IMG/VR virus record: IMGVR_UViG_3300020331_000002
Length of the DNA: 64,000 nt
Reading direction: 5' to 3' (one strand)
DNA from: a virus
Taxonomy: Duplodnaviria > Caudoviricetes
Below are positions 28,181 to 38,100 of the stretch, one piece after another; position 1 is the stretch's first letter; every line of letters begins with the position of its first letter. The position numbers and the translations under genes were made by a program. A model generated the notes under the pieces. The model saw only the letters and a program-made list of their open reading frames with translations. It searched no databases and was not told the origin of the DNA.

Positions 28181-30218
28181 GTTTTTGCAGGTTTTAGAAC
28201 CACGTGATACGTCTATATCACGCAAAGCTGGCGAGATTATAGAACAGGCTGTTACTACTAACCTGCAGATGATTAACCAAGTTGCTGCGTCAAGCAACGT
28301 GTCTGTCAAAGATGTGGTGGACCTATGTGTGCAATTATCAGCACAGCCAGAGACTTCTGTCCTCTCAACTCTACGTTATGTATCGTCCTCGTACTTTCTT
28401 AGTAATGAAGCGAACCGAGCTTTCAAGTACGTTATAATGACGGGATTAGACTCAGACGTGATCCGAACACACGACGGCCAACTAGGATTCGGTGATCCCG
28501 ACCTTAACCCAGAACTGGTTCTATCACAACGCGACGAGTGTGCGTTTATTACTATGCTTTCGTTAGCAAATTACCCGTACAAACACGCATCCACCCCGCA
28601 GGTACAAGATTATTGGCAATTATTGTTAGGTGAAATACTTTCGCTTTACGGTAGTTCATTACTACCAACCGCGTATATGGTGTTATCCGAGGCAGTGGGC
28701 GTCGTGACTACTATGTTTGAATCCGCGCCACGTATATACCGTAGCATTATTCGACAAAGTACACTGAGTCCTGAATATAAACATTCACTGATTAATGAAC
28801 ACGCCGCGCCAGTTGAAAAGAAGCGCGGGATCACTCATATAGAAGATTTAGACGATACGTTGTTTTACAGAGCAATTAATGATTTGGAGCTCTGTGTTGT
28901 GACTGAGAAACTAGACGGCAGCAACCTGCGATTTGGCGTAGAAAACGGCCAAATGTATACTGTGTTCGGGAACCTGGATAAAGTTTATGCTGTTGATGAT
29001 CATCCCGAGAACTTCAGCAGCAATTATCGCATATTTGCCCACCGCGCATTGCTAGCTTGCGAAAGCGAGGTATCATTACTGGGCGACTTTGAGATAGAAG
29101 TAGAAGTACTTTACGACGAGATACCCAACGTAATCCGTTACGATGATGCTGTGAATGATATTGTGTTATTAAGACAGTTAAAAGGCGACCCGCATATAAT
29201 GCCTAAAGTAGTGGAGATATACGATTCAAACGGCATCACTAGCGTCGAACATGAATGTTTGGTTAGTAGAGACGGTACTACTGTGATAAAGGAAAAGCGA
29301 ACATCTAAAGTTATGTTTAGTGAAGTACCGCAAATGTCGCAGGAGTTCTTACAAGAGTCCTTAGCGAAAAGTGAAATAAGTACTGCAATCGAGCAATATA
29401 ACGCGATTCTAGGCGAGACAGATGCTGAGACGGGCATGACAGTAAGCGAAGTTGCGAACTTTAAATTGAACAGCAAACGCCCTGAAGATACTGATCAAGA
29501 TACTTGGAATTCTTTGAAGCAGAAAATCAAAGACTCGAGAAACCCGTGCCGTGATAAAATCAAAGAAGCAAAACAAAAAGTAAAGAATCATCTTCTGACT
29601 GCGCTTGTGCATTCTAGTACGAGTAAGTTCTCTGATAGGGAAGATAGCTGGATTGAAGGCATAGTAATTAAGCACCCTGACGGCTTCATGTTTAAGATAG
29701 TCGACAAATCCACATTCTTGGAAGCTAAGAACTTTATATGGCAAAAGCGAGAAGAGATCAAGTCTACTGTATTAAACAGCAAGAACGATTCGATAGTCGG
29801 TAAGACAATGTTAGAACTTGCCTATATACTAGGTGATACTCGTTATGCTACTATTTCGGCCAAACGTGTGATCCGTTCACAAGCAGAAACCTACGAAAAG
29901 TTCCTTAAACTTATCGAGGGTAGCCTTGACGTGGTTTACGTAAAAGAAAAGTTTGCAGACATCCTTACTCGTGCGCTTCGTAGTCATCAAATTATGCTTG
30001 GTGAGTACCTAAATACCTATAAGGATTTGTCGATAACCATTCCAAATGGCGTTGAGATTTCCTACGCTGACGACTGTATACATAGTCGCACTTTGGTCGC
30101 ATTCTGTGAAGCAAAACAAAAGCTTGAAGCCCTGTTACGTATTACTAAGGCAGCAAGTGAATCAGTTCAGCTTTATCGTGTGGTACTGGGCAACAGAATA
30201 GAAACCGCTTTTGGATAA
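28149..30218 (+). CDS. Large protein with ligase-type (Rnl2-like) nucleotidyltransferase domain
   Basis: TEKLDGSN (motif I, Lys-AMP), IEVEVLY (III), EGIVIK (IV), FKIV (V); start uncertain. Confidence 0.7.
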   Translation: MKKEKNALAGKFLQVLEPRDTSISRKAGEIIEQAVTTNLQMINQVAASSNVSVKDVVDLCVQLSAQPETSVLSTLRYVSSSYFLSNEANRAFKYVIMTGLDSDVIRTHDGQLGFGDPDLNPELVLSQRDECAFITMLSLANYPYKHASTPQVQDYWQLLLGEILSLYGSSLLPTAYMVLSEAVGVVTTMFESAPRIYRSIIRQSTLSPEYKHSLINEHAAPVEKKRGITHIEDLDDTLFYRAINDLELCVVTEKLDGSNLRFGVENGQMYTVFGNLDKVYAVDDHPENFSSNYRIFAHRALLACESEVSLLGDFEIEVEVLYDEIPNVIRYDDAVNDIVLLRQLKGDPHIMPKVVEIYDSNGITSVEHECLVSRDGTTVIKEKRTSKVMFSEVPQMSQEFLQESLAKSEISTAIEQYNAILGETDAETGMTVSEVANFKLNSKRPEDTDQDTWNSLKQKIKDSRNPCRDKIKEAKQKVKNHLLTALVHSSTSKFSDREDSWIEGIVIKHPDGFMFKIVDKSTFLEAKNFIWQKREEIKSTVLNSKNDSIVGKTMLELAYILGDTRYATISAKRVIRSQAETYEKFLKLIEGSLDVVYVKEKFADILTRALRSHQIMLGEYLNTYKDLSITIPNGVEISYADDCIHSRTLVAFCEAKQKLEALLRITKAASESVQLYRVVLGNRIETAFG

Positions 30219-30262
30219 CTTCCTTAAATAAGGTATAAGAAACCTTATTTTCGGAGTTATAC

Positions 30263-30751
30263 ATGCCAATAAGAAATAGGAAATACAACCGAGCTAAACT
30301 GGCTGAGTTCAATCTAAACCTAGATATGGACTCAAAAGCCACCACTATGTACAATGACCCACAGAAACGCTTTCGTATCGTTAACCGTAACGAGAGACTT
30401 GTTGTTGAGGGAATGGGTGATTTTTCGACCATTCGTCGCCGTACCGGCCACGACATTGAATCGCTAATCAGTCAGGCTGAAAGTGACATAAAATCTGTAT
30501 CTGAAAAAACATACCGCCCAGGATCGGCTATTGTTACTGATAATAACCCTGATGCTGAGTACTTCGTTAAAGAGTACAACCTGGAATATCCGCAAGCCCG
30601 CGCACTTGTAGATGCGCTAGAAAACGACGATTATGACGACGAAATACTAACCCTTATACGATCGTTGCCCGGCAGTCGTGAGTTTGACCTCGACACGTTC
30701 ATAACTATTTTGAAATCTGAATTGCAGTCGTTCAGCGGTAATACAGATTAA
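30263..30751 (+). CDS. Hypothetical protein
   Basis: GGAG SD; TTAAATA at 30224-30230. Confidence 0.7.
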   Translation: MPIRNRKYNRAKLAEFNLNLDMDSKATTMYNDPQKRFRIVNRNERLVVEGMGDFSTIRRRTGHDIESLISQAESDIKSVSEKTYRPGSAIVTDNNPDAEYFVKEYNLEYPQARALVDALENDDYDDEILTLIRSLPGSREFDLDTFITILKSELQSFSGNTD

Positions 30752-30760
30752 GGAATACCT

Positions 30761-31669
30761 GTGTTTTTAGAAGATATTTCGGGATTAAAACAGTCGTACA
30801 GCGCTATGCTTCTAACTGAGGGCGGCAACGCCTTCAGTAACGTCGGCGCCATTCATATAAGTGAAATAGAACCTACTATTAACGGGTTGGCTCAAGTCCT
30901 TCAAATACCCGATCTAGGTTCACATGTGCTTGGATCAGTTGGCAAAAAAGAGTACAGTGGTGATGTCGATATTGCACTTAAGCCTAAAAACCCGGAAGAA
31001 CTAGGAAAGTTTATCGAAAGGCTAAAGAAAGTACTAGGTCAAGAAAACGTGCGTCAAGTAGGTGGCTTAATAACAACCGCGGTTAAGATCCAGGGCTACA
31101 ATCCTAAAAAGGACAAGAGGCAGCCCCGCACAGGATATGTGCAGGTGGACTTTATATTCGGTAACCCTGAATGGCTTAAACTTTATTTTCATTCGCCGTC
31201 TTCTAAGGATTCTAAATTGAAAGGAACACATCGCAACTTGGCGATAGCTAGTATAGCCGCGCATGTTGATCGTCAATCAAGTGACGAGATAGATAGCTAT
31301 GGCCGCCCGGTTAAGATTATCCGCTGGAAGTGGAGTCCTAAGGACGGGTTAGTGAAAGTAGAAAGAACCTCCCGTAAAAAGGCCACCGGCGGGGGGGTTA
31401 AAAAGCAGGATGACAAGGTTATTAGTGAACCTGTAACTGACGCCAAAGGGATTGCTGATGTTCTTTTCCAGGGCAAGGCAGATGCTAAGGTACTAGACAG
31501 TGCTGAGAGTCTTATCGCCGCGGTTAAAAAGTACTACACCGCAGATGCGGCCGAGTCGGTGTTTAGGACTATGGCTAGGAACTTTGACACCAAACCTGAT
31601 TTAGCAGGCGGTGACTTCGAATATCCGCCAGAGGTTGCGAAGTATATGGGGACAGGTAATGGCCGATAA
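30761..31669 (+). CDS. Pol-beta superfamily nucleotidyltransferase
   Basis: LGSVGKKEYSGDVDIAL (GS..DxD) and a third acidic residue in VQVDFIF; N-terminal LLTE-GGN. Confidence 0.75.
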   Translation: MFLEDISGLKQSYSAMLLTEGGNAFSNVGAIHISEIEPTINGLAQVLQIPDLGSHVLGSVGKKEYSGDVDIALKPKNPEELGKFIERLKKVLGQENVRQVGGLITTAVKIQGYNPKKDKRQPRTGYVQVDFIFGNPEWLKLYFHSPSSKDSKLKGTHRNLAIASIAAHVDRQSSDEIDSYGRPVKIIRWKWSPKDGLVKVERTSRKKATGGGVKKQDDKVISEPVTDAKGIADVLFQGKADAKVLDSAESLIAAVKKYYTADAAESVFRTMARNFDTKPDLAGGDFEYPPEVAKYMGTGNGR

Positions 31670-32366
31670 TTACACCAAGCAGTGGCCCTTCAACGAAACA
31701 AAAAGCGAGTCGTTAGTTTCTGAATTATCAGAAGCCCGCGGCTTCTTTTACACGCTAACTGGATTGAATAAGTATAGTTATAAGACGTTGTGTGAGATGT
31801 TGTATTTGACACTGGTGTCTATGGCTATGCTTGTCCAAGAGCGCCAGAGCCACAAGGCAATCGCACAGTACGCTGACGAAGCACTTGTGTATAAAAACTT
31901 CAACAAAGCATACACCCGGTTGAACGACGTTGCTCTTATGTGTGCAACTGTACTGGGCAACAACCCCAAGTACAAGTACAATAACGAAACAACGAAACAT
32001 TCACAGCGCCATTTGATTGACTATTTTAAAATGTTGCGCGGTGATATGCCTGTTACTAAATCAAAACTAAGCTTTTATCTGTTTTCATTTGAAAGCATGT
32101 TATTAATAAGTGACAAGAAGATTAAGCGTCTTAGGCGTAAGGTTATCCAGCTGGCGGAAATCACACCGGTTCAGCGAGTTTATGCTTACAAAGACGCCAA
32201 GATGCTATTGCGCAGGTATAATCCTCGTTTAGAGATATTGCCTTATTTCGATCCACTAATACCGGCTAAGATGCAAGACGCCGGCACTACTGTTGACACT
32301 CTTTCAGCTGTAGCACTAGCCGCCCTTACAGGGTACCAAGTAGGCAGACAGAAGAGGCGGGACTAA
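31659..32366 (+). CDS. Hypothetical protein
   Basis: ORF track 31611..32366; ATG 31659 with AGGT SD. Confidence 0.7.
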   Translation: MADNYTKQWPFNETKSESLVSELSEARGFFYTLTGLNKYSYKTLCEMLYLTLVSMAMLVQERQSHKAIAQYADEALVYKNFNKAYTRLNDVALMCATVLGNNPKYKYNNETTKHSQRHLIDYFKMLRGDMPVTKSKLSFYLFSFESMLLISDKKIKRLRRKVIQLAEITPVQRVYAYKDAKMLLRRYNPRLEILPYFDPLIPAKMQDAGTTVDTLSAVALAALTGYQVGRQKRRD

Positions 32367-32378
32367 CACTCGCCTCTT
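32352..32378 (+). terminator. Probable terminator
   Basis: AAGAGGCG-11 nt-CGCCTCTT followed by GTT. Confidence 0.5.
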
Positions 32379-32423
32379 GTTCATTAAGACTAAATAAGTT
32401 TATTAAACTATCTAGGTACCATA

Positions 32424-33410
32424 ATGAACAAATACATTAAAATTAAATTTTTGTCAGAAGCGGCGATGGACACATATATGTCGCATCCCATTCTTTCTGA
32501 GAATTCTAAATTTGAAGGCGACCGTGAACTTGCACTGGACGCTGATTATGCTGCTAAATTTACCAAGTTCCTTCAACATTCTGATTTATCAGAAAGTGTA
32601 GAGTACAGCATGCAAGAACCTGCCCCTAAAAAGAAAGCAAGCAACAAGCAAGCTATCGTAAAAGAAGGTATTATCGACTTTAAGAAGAATCTAGACTATA
32701 TGTCCACTGGCCGCCTTGGCCTAGCTGATCCTATGTCGTTTAATATAAACGATCCCGAAGTAGTAGGTGTGGATGGCTGTGCGTGCCTTAGCCAGGTATT
32801 TGACGAGTTTAGTGCTCTTTGTAAGGATGTGAAAATACAAAAGAACGTGAGCTTCTTAGAAGATCTAAGAGAGAATATGGCTACCATACGCCGTATACGT
32901 GAAATGTGTGAAATGATAGAAGCTTTTGAAGCTGATATCGACGCAGCGCCTATGTTCAAAGAACTGTTGTCTGGCGCAATTGTGGCAAGCGATAAAGTTT
33001 CCGGCCACAACCTATCTCACGAACTACCGTATACTATTTCTCCTGAGATAGAGGCGGACATCGCCGGTACGTTCGAAAAGATAAAGCCGATTGGGGCAGC
33101 GCTGAGCAAAGTGCTTCGTACCAGTCCGATTGATGAATCTGTTGCGATGATGAAGCTGGGTGATTTCGAGAAGAAACTTGGAAAGCCGTTTAGTGTTTCG
33201 CCTAAAAATAGCAGTGACACAGTGGCCGCGTTCTTAAATAGTGTGGCAAGCAGACTAGTTATGGTTAACAAGTCTCTGAAAGGCCAGAAGTCTTTAAGTC
33301 CAGAATCTGCTAGTCGAGTAAGGATGGACCTTGCCGAGTTAATGAACGACTTGACACTGGCGTATCAGATATCTGCGCGTTTACGTCAACTTGGCAAGCA
33401 AAAGAAATAA
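32424..33410 (+). CDS. Hypothetical, probable head-internal protein
   Basis: CTAAATA at 32390-32396; multiple LSE/IDE sites. Confidence 0.7.
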   Translation: MNKYIKIKFLSEAAMDTYMSHPILSENSKFEGDRELALDADYAAKFTKFLQHSDLSESVEYSMQEPAPKKKASNKQAIVKEGIIDFKKNLDYMSTGRLGLADPMSFNINDPEVVGVDGCACLSQVFDEFSALCKDVKIQKNVSFLEDLRENMATIRRIREMCEMIEAFEADIDAAPMFKELLSGAIVASDKVSGHNLSHELPYTISPEIEADIAGTFEKIKPIGAALSKVLRTSPIDESVAMMKLGDFEKKLGKPFSVSPKNSSDTVAAFLNSVASRLVMVNKSLKGQKSLSPESASRVRMDLAELMNDLTLAYQISARLRQLGKQKK

Positions 33411-33482
33411 TATTAGCCGTCGGCGCTAAATAAATATGTGAAAAGGGCACAAGCCCACAAAAGATTATGGAGATTTTTAATC

Positions 33483-33938
33483 ATGGCATTTGATGTATAC
33501 ACTAAAGGTTCAGTACAAGAAGGTATGTTCGTAGAACCAATGTACTTTGTTACACTAACATTCGATTCTGACATTTCAAGCTCAGCTTTCGGTGTTCGTG
33601 ATTCTGTACTTGAAAAAGCGCTACGCGTTCTTGGTACTCGTGCAGTTGTTACTGGTATTGGTCCTATGTACCTTGACGATGCAGGCACTGCGTCTAAAGT
33701 AGACGTTATCCTAGGCACTGGCCAAGGCTTCTACGTAGACGATCCAGCAACTAGCCTTGAAATTGAAGGCTTACAAGCTGAAGCAGTTGACGGTCTAGAC
33801 AATGCAGGCAACCCGATCTCTGCTACGTTTACGGCGACATTCGCTGTATTCTCTGGCTTAGATGCGGCTACTGCTGCTGACTTAGTAGAAGGCCACGACG
33901 GCGAACACCGCCCAGCTACTGCGCGTCACTTCAAGTAA
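33483..33938 (+). CDS. Hypothetical, probably abundant virion protein
   Basis: CTAAATA at 33426, GGAG SD and own terminator; monocistronic late unit. Confidence 0.75.
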   Translation: MAFDVYTKGSVQEGMFVEPMYFVTLTFDSDISSSAFGVRDSVLEKALRVLGTRAVVTGIGPMYLDDAGTASKVDVILGTGQGFYVDDPATSLEIEGLQAEAVDGLDNAGNPISATFTATFAVFSGLDAATAADLVEGHDGEHRPATARHFK

Positions 33939-33951
33939 TATTTTACTTCAT

Positions 33952-33980
33952 AAAAAAGCGGACTTTGGTCCGCTTTTTTT
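33952..33980. terminator. Strong intrinsic terminator
   Basis: AAAAAAGCGGAC-tttg-GTCCGCTTTTTTT. Confidence 0.9.
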
Positions 33981-34034
33981 GTGCCCTGAGTTCGGTGAAC
34001 ATTTAATACTAAATAAGTGAAACGGGAGCTCATA

Positions 34035-34439
34035 ATGGCCACACATGATTATGCATCCCTTGATATACGTGAGAAAATAGTTTTTTATTGTAGATCAAAT
34101 GGGAGACACGGCAGGGGCGGAGTTGAAGTTTCTAATAGCGGAGACTTCAAACAGGCGTCGCAAAAGAACTTCTCGATTATATTACAAGCAATAGGCCTTA
34201 GATGTCAACCACATGTGATAGTAGAACCGTATACTGTACTTGACCTCAATGATGTATGCGATTTAAAAGGCAGAGGAACTGCCTTTGTACTAGGATTCGA
34301 GCACGCTGACGCGTTTTCTAGAGGCGAAGACAAGCTGTGGTGGATACGGGAGAACCTCGATAACTTAATCCTATACGATGGTGGTAGATTAAGGTTATCA
34401 GAAAAAGCAAATGCAGCGGTAGGGATTTATGCTACTTGA
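34035..34439 (+). CDS. Hypothetical protein
   Basis: CTAAATA at 34009-34015; GGGAG SD before ATG 34035. Confidence 0.7.
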   Translation: MATHDYASLDIREKIVFYCRSNGRHGRGGVEVSNSGDFKQASQKNFSIILQAIGLRCQPHVIVEPYTVLDLNDVCDLKGRGTAFVLGFEHADAFSRGEDKLWWIRENLDNLILYDGGRLRLSEKANAAVGIYAT

Positions 34440-34908
34440 AGAACTAACAGGCGGCCGTGTTAACTTTATTGAAAGTAAATGGCTTGAACTAAAAACTCAT
34501 TTTAACGATGGCAAACTCATAGAAAGTAATCGACTTTGTGAAGCAATTTCGGTAGACGGAGAAGTGGTTGCTATGTATAATAGAGTCAATGGCAGTATCG
34601 TTTTCGAAGTAGAAGATCTAGGCGCTCTGCCGCTTGGTATCAAAACTTCTATAAACGAAGCAAGACGTGTCTGGAGTCGCGTAGGCGACTCCGTGGTGCG
34701 TAAATTCAGATGCACTAGTGGCCTCCGTAAAGGCCGCATTGTGTCTGACCCTGCTACCTGTCATAAACCGATTGACATTAAAAAGCGCGTCACTATGAAG
34801 CGAAACCAAGCTACAAAAGGCCGCACAATGTCACGCAAAGCTAAAAGAACAAAAAGAATAAATCCAGCAAGCAAACGAGTCGCAAGACTCAACGATCGGG
34901 AGAACTGA
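34429..34908 (+). CDS. Hypothetical protein with very basic C-terminus
   Basis: LLEE/LIE/INE sites, then FRCTSGLRKGRIV and a K/R-rich tail. Confidence 0.75.
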   Translation: MLLEELTGGRVNFIESKWLELKTHFNDGKLIESNRLCEAISVDGEVVAMYNRVNGSIVFEVEDLGALPLGIKTSINEARRVWSRVGDSVVRKFRCTSGLRKGRIVSDPATCHKPIDIKKRVTMKRNQATKGRTMSRKAKRTKRINPASKRVARLNDREN

Positions 34909-35258
34909 TGAAAACATCTTGTGCATCATACGGCGAAACACCATACGGCTTCACAGTAACCAACGGTGGAGAGGTACACACTAACATCTTTTTGGAAGAC
35001 ACGGCTAAAGCCCTTGTTTCTGCGTATAATAGTGGGTACACCTTCCTGGTGCCGTCCTTAATCAACGACGATCGGTATTACGGCAAGTATACCACTGACG
35101 TCATGTTTTACGATAATTCGGCTAATTACGTATTGGCTGAAGACTCTGCGCAAATGGCCGGCATGTACAAGAGACGCCTGTACCAAAACATTGCTCGCAT
35201 CCGTGATGAAGTAAATAAGCTTAATGCTGAAAAGTTTTTAGAGGCGGACGTATTATGA
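34908..35258 (+). CDS. Hypothetical protein
   Basis: Translationally coupled in the late operon. Confidence 0.7.
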   Translation: MKTSCASYGETPYGFTVTNGGEVHTNIFLEDTAKALVSAYNSGYTFLVPSLINDDRYYGKYTTDVMFYDNSANYVLAEDSAQMAGMYKRRLYQNIARIRDEVNKLNAEKFLEADVL

Positions 35259-35959
35259 AAGTAGATTCACTATACCTTAGTGAAAAAGTTAACTTCGGCA
35301 AAAACATGCCTAAGATTAGACCTGATTCTAAAATCAGTGATATCAAGGATGCTGTTAGTTACGCATTTAAAAAAATCCATGAGAACAGAAACGACTCGGT
35401 TATTAAGATCGCAATGAACGGTCTTATTAAAGAGGCGGGTTCTGTTATATCGAAACAAATTAAGGACGGCCGAATTGGTATGAAAGAGTTAAACGAATTT
35501 AGACAGTGGATTGACACCGTCGCAAACAACGAAAAGCAACTTAACGAAAACGTTGATCAAGCGGAAGTCCTTGTTGCTGCAAAAGCACTAAGTGGCGACA
35601 TTCAGAACATGTATGAGAAAGTGGCAAAGATGGTTGCCACTGACTTGATCTATATCACTGAAGAGATTAAGAATAAATTCGGTGAAGACCAAGCCAAAGC
35701 GTTTTACAATCTTGCTAAATCTAATTTGGAAGGCCTGACTGACACGCTTCAAGCTAGCTATGAAGAATTATCAGGCGCTGCTGATGACTTATCTTCTGGC
35801 ACACCTATTAGCTCGGACAGTGATATGATGGATTACGACAGTCTTGGCGGTGACGACAGCGATGATGAAGAAGGCGATACACCTGACCTTGATAGTGACG
35901 GTACTGATGCTCCCGAATTAGAGCTTGGCGGCGACCGCGGAATGAAGGACGACGCATAA
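35255..35959 (+). CDS. Hypothetical helical protein with acidic tail (scaffold-like)
   Basis: LSE/LNE sites, coiled-coil pattern, D/E-rich C-terminus. Confidence 0.7.
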   Translation: MKVDSLYLSEKVNFGKNMPKIRPDSKISDIKDAVSYAFKKIHENRNDSVIKIAMNGLIKEAGSVISKQIKDGRIGMKELNEFRQWIDTVANNEKQLNENVDQAEVLVAAKALSGDIQNMYEKVAKMVATDLIYITEEIKNKFGEDQAKAFYNLAKSNLEGLTDTLQASYEELSGAADDLSSGTPISSDSDMMDYDSLGGDDSDDEEGDTPDLDSDGTDAPELELGGDRGMKDDA

Positions 35960-36279
35960 TGCGCATAGATGAAATTATCAACGAAAGCGACGATAATTTG
36001 CGAGCCGAGTTAGAGAATTTCATCTTACGCCAACGAGCACAGGGACAAGAAGAGATTGATACTTCTGTTGCCGTTCAGTATATGCATGACATGACAGGTG
36101 TACAAGTTACACCTGAAATGATTGTTGATATGCTATCCGGGTCTGACATAATAGGCACGGTGACGGTTGATACGATTTCGTTTGGATCCGATCTTGCTAT
36201 TGACGTAGGTGACGAAGAAACCGCTCGAGATGCGGTTCGCAAAAAATCTTCACAATTTGCAAAAAAAGAAATGAGGTAG
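35959..36279 (+). CDS. Hypothetical protein
   Basis: MRIDEIINE leader; TAATG overlap. Confidence 0.7.
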   Translation: MRIDEIINESDDNLRAELENFILRQRAQGQEEIDTSVAVQYMHDMTGVQVTPEMIVDMLSGSDIIGTVTVDTISFGSDLAIDVGDEETARDAVRKKSSQFAKKEMR

Positions 36280-36282
36280 TGT

Positions 36283-37371
36283 ATGCGCCTGTGCTTCAGT
36301 GCTGACGAGCTTGACAATGTAAAGCCGTATAGTGCGATGTTGATGGATGACTTGAATGTTGCTGAGAAAATGATACTCGATGCACATCATGCAGGAAACC
36401 GTTCCGTAGTAATTGACTCAGGCACGCACCTCACTGAAACATCTGGTTTTGTTGAATCAGTTAACATCTTAAGTGGCGGCAAGAACTTGTCGCCTATCCC
36501 TGCTAACGTACGAGTCGAACACTCTATCGGATATGGCGCCAAGTTTAAAGTGAACGTTGATAGCCAGGGCGCTATAACTAGAGTAGATGTAGTAGAGCCT
36601 GGTTCAGGCTATTACCCTGTAATAGCTAAAGCCTACCCGCCAGTCCGTTTTACCGAGGACGAGCACACGTCAGCCGAGTTTACCGTGGTCGCTAGTGATA
36701 CCGGCGCAGTACTAAAGGTGGTGCCCACTAAAGCAGGAACCGGCTACACGGTTGGTTCCGATATCATTATAGATCACCCGACTGGTTTCGGCGCATCAGC
36801 GCAGATATCTGAGGTTGATTCTCAGGGAGGCATAGTAAATGTAAGTGTATCTGCCCCTGGTACAGGATACTCGACACGCTTACCTAGCATTGTTGTTTCC
36901 CACCCGGCAGGCAAAGGGTTTGCCGCAGGTGCCATACACACTGAAAACGGCCGTATCAAGTCGATAGCGGTAAAGAGTGGTGGCTCTGGTTACAGCCCTA
37001 TCCAGTGCCGTGTGCGCATGTCTAGCCGTACAGGCTCCGGCGCTAAGTTTAAGCCCTTGTTTTCGGCTGCGGGTGAAATTATAGGTGTTACCTTGTTGTC
37101 GGGTGGCAGCGAGTATTCAGTACACGATACAATTACCGTTACCCCGAGTGAGTTCCATACAAACCCTGCACCAGCTATTTTAGAGCCTGTTGTAAATGTT
37201 AGCACGCCAACATCTACACCTTACTGGCAAGCATACAGGAGCCCTGTGAAGTCCCATGAAAGAGACTTTGTATACAGGTTTATAAGTATTTTAGAGGCTG
37301 CAAAATTTACTGTTAATGTAGTAACCAATCCGAAAACACTCAACACACTAAAGATAATAATAAGTTGGTGA
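36283..37371 (+). CDS. Structural protein with repeated 'V.V..(G/P)G(S/T)GY' beta modules
   Basis: VEPGSGY, TKAGTGY, SAPGTGY, KSGGSGY, LSGGSEY repeats. Confidence 0.7.
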   Translation: MRLCFSADELDNVKPYSAMLMDDLNVAEKMILDAHHAGNRSVVIDSGTHLTETSGFVESVNILSGGKNLSPIPANVRVEHSIGYGAKFKVNVDSQGAITRVDVVEPGSGYYPVIAKAYPPVRFTEDEHTSAEFTVVASDTGAVLKVVPTKAGTGYTVGSDIIIDHPTGFGASAQISEVDSQGGIVNVSVSAPGTGYSTRLPSIVVSHPAGKGFAAGAIHTENGRIKSIAVKSGGSGYSPIQCRVRMSSRTGSGAKFKPLFSAAGEIIGVTLLSGGSEYSVHDTITVTPSEFHTNPAPAILEPVVNVSTPTSTPYWQAYRSPVKSHERDFVYRFISILEAAKFTVNVVTNPKTLNTLKIIISW

Positions 37372-37374
37372 TAT

Positions 37375-38073
37375 ATGATAGAACGTCCTGTCCTGGAGAA
37401 CCGGTTCGATTACGGCTCCGTAGAACGGGTTCTTGTTGATAGAAAATGGCGCTATGGTCCTGAAGGGCTTGCGCTCCCTGCAATAACAAGAATCCTTAAT
37501 GCAACCAAATCAGAAGAATCCAAACAAGCACTTGAAGATTGGAAAGCGAGGGTCGGTGAAGAAGAAGCCGAACGCATTTCAAAAGAGTCGACTGGCATCG
37601 GCGATGCAATGCACGCCAATTTAGAGAACTGGCTCCTTGATACCGGTAAAGATCAAGAAGGCGCTTATTTGGCTAAGCTCCTCACCAAACTAATGCAACT
37701 TGAAATCAATAAACACTGCGACGAGGTATGGGGCGTAGAAGTTCCTGTTTACTTACCCGGTATGTACGGTGGTATATTGGATATGTCGGGTGTTTGGCGC
37801 GGCAAGCGTTCTGTTATTGATTTTAAAAACAGTAGAAAACCCAAGCGCAAAGAATGGATAGAAGACTATCGCTGCCAGTGCGGTGCTTACGGTATTGCAC
37901 ATAACGCACTCTTCAATTCAGGCATCGAACAAGCAGTTGTTTTGGTTGCGTGCTGGGAGACAGGCACGGTGCAAGAGTTTGTTTTTTCTGGCGACGAGTA
38001 TCGAGATTGCGAGACTCTTTGGGTGTCAAAATTAGATGAGTATTACTCGACTAATCCGCTTCCTTCCAAGTAA
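37375..38073 (+). CDS. PD-(D/E)XK exonuclease (RecB/Cas4/MGME1-like)
   Basis: LPAITRIL, GDAMH, EVPVY, GILD, IDFKNSRKPK and QCGAY motifs. Confidence 0.88.
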   Translation: MIERPVLENRFDYGSVERVLVDRKWRYGPEGLALPAITRILNATKSEESKQALEDWKARVGEEEAERISKESTGIGDAMHANLENWLLDTGKDQEGAYLAKLLTKLMQLEINKHCDEVWGVEVPVYLPGMYGGILDMSGVWRGKRSVIDFKNSRKPKRKEWIEDYRCQCGAYGIAHNALFNSGIEQAVVLVACWETGTVQEFVFSGDEYRDCETLWVSKLDEYYSTNPLPSK

Positions 38074-38100
38074 ATAATACTACTATTTGAAGGAATAACG

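Noticed and set aside
31391-31397. G7 homopolymer in the nucleotidyltransferase gene as a phase-variation switch
   Set aside because: The frame is intact, and about one such run is expected by chance in 64 kb; there is no supporting evidence without reads.
37375-38073. Cas4 or CRISPR-associated gene
   Set aside because: It lacks the four-Cys Fe-S cluster pattern and any array; it fits a common phage PD-(D/E)XK exonuclease.
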